DNA of 52,676 nt, from the IMG/VR virus record IMGVR_UViG_3300007346_005272, positions 1 to 52,676 of that record, one strand, 5' to 3'. This document shows, in pieces, positions 47,077 through 52,676 of the stretch (position 1 is the stretch's first letter; each line of letters begins with the position of its first letter). The notes beneath the pieces were generated by a model. That model was not told where the DNA came from. It made no database searches and saw only the letters and a list, made by a program, of their open reading frames with translations. Origin of the DNA: a virus. Its lineage: Duplodnaviria > Caudoviricetes. The translations under genes were made by a program, and so were the position numbers.

Positions 47077-47427
47077 CTAAAACTTTACTTGCGATCTGAC
47101 ATTTGCTGCAATCGTGCGCAAGGCATCGCAGGCAGTGCGTAATGAATGAAGACGTTCACGCTTCGCTTTAACCAACGCTTCAGCGATCATAGAATCGTAC
47201 TGAAGATCGCTTGTCTTGTAACCCGCCCAGCTTTCTTTCTGCTTCACGGCACCTTCCGCTGCTAGATATTCCTTATACCAAGCGCTCTTGTAAGACGCTT
47301 CTTTTTGGGCATGATCCTTGCACAGGATCTCAAATGCTTCAGTTTCTTGCTCAATTTCACCAATCAAGCGGACAAGTTCAGACTCAACTTCAACCTGACT
47401 GATTGGCGCAGTTCTCGTACTATTCAT
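47077..47427 (-). CDS. Helical hypothetical protein
   Basis: 116 aa, coiled-coil pattern; TAGAAT-6 nt-ATG upstream. Confidence 0.65.
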   Translation of the reverse strand: MNSTRTAPISQVEVESELVRLIGEIEQETEAFEILCKDHAQKEASYKSAWYKEYLAAEGAVKQKESWAGYKTSDLQYDSMIAEALVKAKRERLHSLRTACDALRTIAANVRSQVKF

Positions 47428-47436
47428 GTCGCTATT

Positions 47437-47817
47437 CTATCCATTTCCATTCATCTCGTCAATAATAGACTGTAGGCGTTCGGCTTCACTGCCCCAGTCA
47501 ACCTTCACCCCCGAAACGCCACGTTCCAGCAGATCGTCTAAATGCTCTCTACCTAGCTCATCTTCAAGCCATCTCGCCCAAACCAGCGGGTTTTTAGACT
47601 GCTTCCAATGGCACGACGCACACAAGGCAACCGCATTCTTTTCATCAGTCCTAGTAGCCGAGATAGACCGACTGATTATATGAGCGCACTGTATCTGCTT
47701 GCCGTCATCTTTGTGAACCCCGCACCAGCGACAGCGAAACCCATCACGAGTCCTCACAAGTAGACTGTGTAACTTTGTGGCTTTAGCTTTAGCCGCTGTC
47801 CCGTAATTGGCAGCCAT
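47437..47817 (-). CDS. NinG/HNH-like endonuclease
   Basis: RD...CRWCG...QCAHIISR....TR.DE.N..ALC..CH; start taken as MAANYG. Confidence 0.75.
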   Translation of the reverse strand: MAANYGTAAKAKATKLHSLLVRTRDGFRCRWCGVHKDDGKQIQCAHIISRSISATRTDEKNAVALCASCHWKQSKNPLVWARWLEDELGREHLDDLLERGVSGVKVDWGSEAERLQSIIDEMNGNG

Positions 47818-47818
47818 C

Positions 47819-48718
47819 TCACAAAGGAATGTTTTGATTGATTGGGAAGAACCATCCACCGTCCTGATACTGGTACCCTTGTGGCATATCGGGACGATGA
47901 TTCACACCTGAATAGTGGAGAATTGCTGTCTCTCTCCACAAGTCTGGATTGTTTGGAATTGCGCCTCGATGCATCAAGCGTGCATGCCAAATTAATACAT
48001 CACCCTTCTTGGCGATAAACTTTTCAGTCGAAAGGTTGCCACGATGTAAGATGTCTTCAAACATGGGAGTAAGGAAGCGCTCCGAGTACTTAGGCCAGTT
48101 AGGATCATCTCGCTCATGAGGCTCTAACCTAGACTTTGTTGCATCTTGCGTAATAACCGGAAGAACATGACTACCCGGAACATACTCAAATGGGCCAGCA
48201 TCTTCATGCACATCATCCAATGCAACCCACACAGCCAAGTAATGATCCTTATTCGTGTCAGGATTCAAATACCCGTCTTGGTGCCAGTTCCGTTCTGTGG
48301 ACTTCCAACCAGTCAAGTTCAAATGAATACCCATCTGATCGCCAATAAGATGCTCAAGGATATTACTTAATGGAGCATAGGTAGCGATATTCATTAGACT
48401 TTCTACCTGAAAGTAAGCACACTCGCCAGGGTAGCCCAAAGGACGATCATGGTTGACACGATTATGCTGAATCCAGTCTTGACGGTATGCTTCAATCATG
48501 TCGTCGGGAATCAACGAGTCAACAATTACAACACCGTTATGCCTCCATCCCTTCTGGATATCAGAAAGAAACGATTCGTTAACTTCCTCTCTATCTAAAA
48601 ATGGAAGATCGCTATCAGCGAACCCTCCAGATAGGCTGTTGATTTCGTCTAGTAGATCGGGATGCTCAGTTAGAGCTGAACCAATAAGGTTCTGCAGGAG
48701 TTCCGTTTTTCCAGGCAT
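47819..48718 (-). CDS. Phytanoyl-CoA dioxygenase (PhyH)-family 2OG-Fe(II) oxygenase
   Basis: WHQD, VWVALDD...GPFEYVPGSH, KGDVLIWH.RLMHRG...R. Confidence 0.88.
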   Translation of the reverse strand: MPGKTELLQNLIGSALTEHPDLLDEINSLSGGFADSDLPFLDREEVNESFLSDIQKGWRHNGVVIVDSLIPDDMIEAYRQDWIQHNRVNHDRPLGYPGECAYFQVESLMNIATYAPLSNILEHLIGDQMGIHLNLTGWKSTERNWHQDGYLNPDTNKDHYLAVWVALDDVHEDAGPFEYVPGSHVLPVITQDATKSRLEPHERDDPNWPKYSERFLTPMFEDILHRGNLSTEKFIAKKGDVLIWHARLMHRGAIPNNPDLWRETAILHYSGVNHRPDMPQGYQYQDGGWFFPINQNIPL

Positions 48719-49142
48719 TTCTTACCCTTTCTGCTTCGAGGAAATGCGACATTTTGTTTGACGTGCTTTTTAAATGAAGGCCAAGCATTTCAGAAATTAA
48801 AGGTTCTGTAGTTATTCTACTGTGACATGGCCTGCACACAGCCAGTAGATTCTCATACTCCAAGATGCTTCCGCCTTGTGACCTATTCACAAGTTCGTGA
48901 ATGTCTTTACTTTTATTATGCTTAACGAAAAGAGAATCACTATTGCCGGTCTGATAATCGTAAGAAGCCCACACCAAACAAGCTTCACAATGCGGGCGTT
49001 CAGACAGAAGTTGCTTAACAATGCTTCGACGGCCCACATACTTTTCCGACATCTTATCGGAACGCTTCTTTAAAGGAGTTCTCTTCAACTGACTACTACC
49101 ACGCTTCAACGGTGTTCTCTTTAGAGGCTTACCTCGCTTCAT
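48666..49142 (-). CDS. HNH endonuclease
   Basis: CEAC...DIHE..NRSQGG...NLLAVCRPCH; N-terminal LKRTPLK repeats. Confidence 0.8.
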   Translation of the reverse strand: MKRGKPLKRTPLKRGSSQLKRTPLKKRSDKMSEKYVGRRSIVKQLLSERPHCEACLVWASYDYQTGNSDSLFVKHNKSKDIHELVNRSQGGSILEYENLLAVCRPCHSRITTEPLISEMLGLHLKSTSNKMSHFLEAERVRNAWKNGTPAEPYWFSSN

Positions 49143-50236
49143 CTCGCACGCTTCACTAGGTTCTTGATCGTCTTGATAAGACGAGTCGCCCCAATTTTTA
49201 CATCAAATTTCTTGACCCGCTTCCAATTCAAATCTGAAATTTCTTGTCGATAATCAACGTCTTGGTACTTCTTTAAAAGCTTTACGAAATCCTTCGGGTC
49301 ACGAGCAATCTCACCGATGCCGTGCTCTTCCGCTAGCTCTTCATACTGGGGTGACCAAGAAGCAACAAATGGAACGCCGCCACAAGCATACTCCAGACCT
49401 TTGATATAAGACTTGGCATGGTTGAAAGGAATGTTTGTAAGCGGCACGATCCCTACATCAAAGAGGAACCCCTTCTCCAGCTCATAAGGAGCTAAGAAGG
49501 GATGGGTCGTCACACAGCCCGCACTAACTTTAATTTCCTTATGGAACAAAGGAATATTAGGAGCCTGCATGTGTCCAGTGTGATGCCACGTAGCAAACTT
49601 GCTAATAGCATCTGAATAAGGCTGAAGAATCTCCAAATCACCGCTTCTATGAGCAGTGGACCCCATCCACCCTACAACCATCTTACCGCTATGTATTTCA
49701 TGAATGCGACGAGTGGTGTACTTTGAACGATTCACATAGTTACCATGCAGCATAGTATTTGGATTCCACTCCTTCATTTTTTGATGAAGAAATGGAGTAG
49801 ACGTAATGATTCCGTCACACTGCTCCAAAATGTTCTTATACCACAAAACGTTTTCGCTCTTGTTCACCTCAGGATCTGACGCCGACTTGGCCTGATTCTT
49901 ATCACTAAGACCCCAGTACCAGTCATCTACATCATTCAAAATGATCTGACCTGCAGCCTGCGCACGTTTCATGTCAGGAAGCACCTGCATGTGCATGTAA
50001 CGTTGCATAACAATCACATCACAATCAAATGAGTCAACACCATCCCACGAATGAACACCGAACGTTCCGGTCAACTTGTTCTGTGCCAAAATGCCAATCA
50101 CGACATTATAACCAGCTTCACGCAAAGGCTTAATGTACTGACCGATGCGAATAAAACCAGAACCGCCAATCACGGGATGACCCATAGCATCCGTAGCACT
50201 ACGAGACCAGTCGTTCGTAGCAAACCCAATCTTCAT
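49139..50236 (-). CDS. GT-B fold glycosyltransferase
   Basis: DVDDWY, VGWMGS..H..DL, DVGIVPL...FNHAKSYIKGLEY...GVPFVAS. Confidence 0.85.
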   Translation of the reverse strand: MKIGFATNDWSRSATDAMGHPVIGGSGFIRIGQYIKPLREAGYNVVIGILAQNKLTGTFGVHSWDGVDSFDCDVIVMQRYMHMQVLPDMKRAQAAGQIILNDVDDWYWGLSDKNQAKSASDPEVNKSENVLWYKNILEQCDGIITSTPFLHQKMKEWNPNTMLHGNYVNRSKYTTRRIHEIHSGKMVVGWMGSTAHRSGDLEILQPYSDAISKFATWHHTGHMQAPNIPLFHKEIKVSAGCVTTHPFLAPYELEKGFLFDVGIVPLTNIPFNHAKSYIKGLEYACGGVPFVASWSPQYEELAEEHGIGEIARDPKDFVKLLKKYQDVDYRQEISDLNWKRVKKFDVKIGATRLIKTIKNLVKRAR

Positions 50237-50694
50237 TAGAAACCCCAAACCCCGTCTAAAGCTTTATACAAGCAATCATCGCCTTCTGAATTAACCATGT
50301 CGTTATCTATATGCCACTGCTTGTGGGCTACAATTGCATTTCGCAAAAACGTGGCAAGCGACAGTTCAGGGTCGGCTTCTTCTCCGAGGGTAAGCAACCT
50401 GTCTACTTCGACCAAACGCTTTTCCGCATAAAACCGAAACCGTGCTGCTTTGTAGCGCTGTTCTTCTAACCCCGCAGCAGGGTCGATCGTGAAGGTAGTA
50501 TATGTTCCACGAAGGCGAGAAATCTCTTCGTCTAGACTTGCGATCTTTGCAGTGACCGTCTCAACGATAGTGATTAGTGCATCTCTCCATTTTACCTGAT
50601 TCTCTGGGAGGCGAAGAAAATCTTTATCCTGCTGAGAAGCGTTGTTCTTGATGTCTTCAGACACCAACATTGCAAAGTTATCGGTCTGCGACAT
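50236..50694 (-). CDS. Hypothetical protein
   Basis: 152 aa; TAATG-coupled to the glycosyltransferase. Confidence 0.7.
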   Translation of the reverse strand: MSQTDNFAMLVSEDIKNNASQQDKDFLRLPENQVKWRDALITIVETVTAKIASLDEEISRLRGTYTTFTIDPAAGLEEQRYKAARFRFYAEKRLVEVDRLLTLGEEADPELSLATFLRNAIVAHKQWHIDNDMVNSEGDDCLYKALDGVWGF

Positions 50695-50697
50695 GAC

Positions 50698-51492
50698 TCA
50701 GATGCCTCCAAACTCAGGACAGATATGCTGATAATCACACCAGTTGCAAAGAGGGCCAGTCCGGGTTTCAAACTCGCCCGACTCACACATGGACTTTACT
50801 TGATCCCATGTGTTACGAACCTCAACACGAACAGCGTTCTCAAGCTCTTCGTCTACATCATACCGTGCAAACTGGCCAGATTTGACATAAAGCAACTCTG
50901 CACGTTTAACGTCCATACCTGTCATCTCTTTGAGAAGAATGCTGTAGATCGTGATCTGCATCTTCTTCTCCCACTCGTACTGCTTGCGAGGCTTCTTACC
51001 TGTCTTGTAATCCGAGATTACTAGCTTGCCGTCCTCAATCGTGTAACGGTCAATGATGCCAAAGATGGGTACACCGTCAATATCGCCGTCCATCTTGGCT
51101 TCAATGCCTTCAGCGTCAAACTTCGTGGGATCTTCCATACCGAAGTAGTTTTCGATGCACCACCACGCCTTCCACTTGAAGTTGTTGGGATCATCGTCAC
51201 GGTCATCTAATCCAAAATACTCATCAGCCCACTTCGACTCCCACAAGCTCTTCGCAAGGCTGCTCGCAGCTTTTTCCGTCCGCTCTTCCGCAGGAAGCTT
51301 AAATAACTCCTCTAGCACCTCATGCACAAAAGAGCCAAGGACTTGAGGTTCTGTGGAAACACTTGGGAGTTTGTCTAGCTTGGCATACTTGTACTTCAGA
51401 GGACACTGCTGAAAGGTACTAATCGAACTTGGCGACATATACTTCGGGAACTCATAAGGTACCGGATCAATCGGTAGAGGACTCTGCATCAT
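50698..51492 (-). CDS. RecB-family PD-(D/E)XK exonuclease with four-Cys cluster
   Basis: SPSSI..FQQCP, G..VHEVLE, GIIDR, DYKTG, Q..IY, CNWCDYQHIC. Confidence 0.88.
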   Translation of the reverse strand: MMQSPLPIDPVPYEFPKYMSPSSISTFQQCPLKYKYAKLDKLPSVSTEPQVLGSFVHEVLEELFKLPAEERTEKAASSLAKSLWESKWADEYFGLDDRDDDPNNFKWKAWWCIENYFGMEDPTKFDAEGIEAKMDGDIDGVPIFGIIDRYTIEDGKLVISDYKTGKKPRKQYEWEKKMQITIYSILLKEMTGMDVKRAELLYVKSGQFARYDVDEELENAVRVEVRNTWDQVKSMCESGEFETRTGPLCNWCDYQHICPEFGGI

Positions 51493-52130
51493 TGTGCTTC
51501 AGCGTTACGTAGCGACTTTACAAAAACCAAAATCTTCTGAAGAAGATCGTTGGTGACGTTTTCGTTCACAAACTCTTTGCCTTCCGAAATGGTCGCCCAA
51601 TATTCCTTGCACTTTGCAGCATGTTCCTGATCTAGTGAGTTAAGAAGTTCTCGTAGCTTTGTAAAATGCTCTTCCGCCACAGGCTGATCAGACATCTCTT
51701 CAACGTATTCGAGATTCATTGCCTCTTCAGAACGTGCGAGATAAATGCCGACGCCGAGATGCTGCGCCGCTTTCTTGAGGGCGTCGGAAACGGCACCTTT
51801 CATTTCGTCGCCCAGATCAACAATGTCTCCAGCCCGTGTGCGCTTAATCTTCTGCCCACCGATGCCGTCCTTGACGACGGTAAGGGCAGGAGCGCTGTCT
51901 GTGGGAACAAACGTGGTCGTCAGACGGACATGAGCCACAATATAGTCAGGGTCTAGTGAGTCTCTCGCACAAGAGACAACCTCATACGACCACATGTCTA
52001 CACCCAGTACCTTGTTTAGGCGCGTGATGACTTCACTAACCGGGATGTATGTTAGAGAAGCGCCGCCCTTCTTTAGCTGGCGCTCAACTTCTCGCGGAAA
52101 AGGCTCCGACAATGCTTGCAAAATACTCAC
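51489..52130 (-). CDS. Rad52/Sak-like single-strand annealing protein
   Basis: LTYI....V..RLN.VLG...W, KDGIG, KGAVSDALKKAAQHLGVGIYL. Confidence 0.85.
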   Translation of the reverse strand: MSILQALSEPFPREVERQLKKGGASLTYIPVSEVITRLNKVLGVDMWSYEVVSCARDSLDPDYIVAHVRLTTTFVPTDSAPALTVVKDGIGGQKIKRTRAGDIVDLGDEMKGAVSDALKKAAQHLGVGIYLARSEEAMNLEYVEEMSDQPVAEEHFTKLRELLNSLDQEHAAKCKEYWATISEGKEFVNENVTNDLLQKILVFVKSLRNAEAQ

Positions 52131-52645
52131 TTATCTCTCCTAATAACTAGACTCTTCTTCGGTTCTCCAACTTCGCAGTAGTCGTCTGCGTCAATGTGGA
52201 GATCTTTCAAGTTACCGACCTTCCAATAAGAAACACCCATGTACTCCATAGCGTGCTGAATCATTTCCTGCGACGACATGGTAATTTCGCCGGTCTCCAT
52301 ATCCACACTCTTATCAACGATCCGGCGACTAACTTCGTTCATCAGCGCCTTATGATCCCACGTTTTGCGAGCAGAACCAGACTTAATCTCTACCGTGCCC
52401 CCATCAACGGTCACGGGAGTTGGTAGACTGCCAATCTTTTCAGTCAGCATAGACTGAAGCTCATTAAACAACTCAGTAGCGTACGACTTAACTAGGTGAG
52501 CGTCGCTAGCAAGCTGCATCATCTCTTCAACAGATGCGTAATCCAAGTTTGAGATGCCACCCATCTCTCGGATGTCGCTCTCAAAACTTCGCAATGCCGT
52601 GAAAGCTTCTTGCAGTGAGTGCGTCGGATTCTCTAATACAGACAT
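52127..52645 (-). CDS. Hypothetical protein
   Basis: 172 aa; SD AAGGA; GTGA-coupled to the annealase gene. Confidence 0.7.
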   Translation of the reverse strand: MSVLENPTHSLQEAFTALRSFESDIREMGGISNLDYASVEEMMQLASDAHLVKSYATELFNELQSMLTEKIGSLPTPVTVDGGTVEIKSGSARKTWDHKALMNEVSRRIVDKSVDMETGEITMSSQEMIQHAMEYMGVSYWKVGNLKDLHIDADDYCEVGEPKKSLVIRRDK

Positions 52646-52676
52646 TATGTTTCCTTAGTAAATAGTAACAAGCCTA

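Noticed and set aside
50698-51492. Four-Cys PD-(D/E)XK nuclease as CRISPR Cas4
   Set aside because: No cas genes or array are present; coupling to a Rad52-like annealase fits a phage recombination module.
282-52426. Numerous plus-strand ORFs in the track (e.g. 829-1296, 1743-2327, 13525-14211, 18257-18934, 30106-30654, 37326-37634)
   Set aside because: They are antisense shadows of well-supported minus-strand genes, with skewed composition and no motifs. Only terL is accepted on the plus strand.
1-52676. tRNA genes, integrase, reverse transcriptase/DGR, or stop-codon reassignment
   Set aside because: None recognised by eye. Core genes are full-length under the standard code and all three stop codons are used. 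tRNAscan/Infernal were not run.

Overview
A 52.7-kb fragment of a tailed dsDNA phage with an HK97-type capsid and a contractile tail. Almost every gene is on the minus strand; the terminase large subunit is the one clear plus-strand gene. Read in transcription order (right to left), the window holds six blocks. (1) A recombination pair (Rad52/Sak-like annealase and RecB-family nuclease). (2) A modification-type cluster: glycosyltransferase, 2OG-Fe(II) dioxygenase, methyltransferase, ParB, PAPS-reductase-like, ParB, MazG and DUF932-like. (3) The inverted terminase, then portal and prohead protease. (4) About 12 kb of large multidomain proteins upstream of the major capsid gene. (5) A non-structural insert carrying class II RNR (NrdJ), an EndoVII remnant and a candidate structured small RNA. 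(6) Neck genes, a 1950-aa polyvalent protein, sheath, tube, endolysin, a frameshifting chaperone pair, tape measure and baseplate/spike genes. Many genes have a TAnnnT box 6-7 nt before the ATG (leaderless type), which suggests an actinobacterial host (inference). The most notable signal is a putative modular capsid-cargo system: polyproteins sharing small repeated modules and Lys-type linker motifs, carrying peptidase, exonuclease, ADP-ribosyltransferase-like, GNAT-like, pseudokinase and glycosylase-like domains, some followed by small partner genes. Also notable are a 61-bp triplication that makes a chain of coupled minigenes, and a ~120-nt RNA containing a 4-codon minigene. All family names come from motif recognition by eye; no searches were run.
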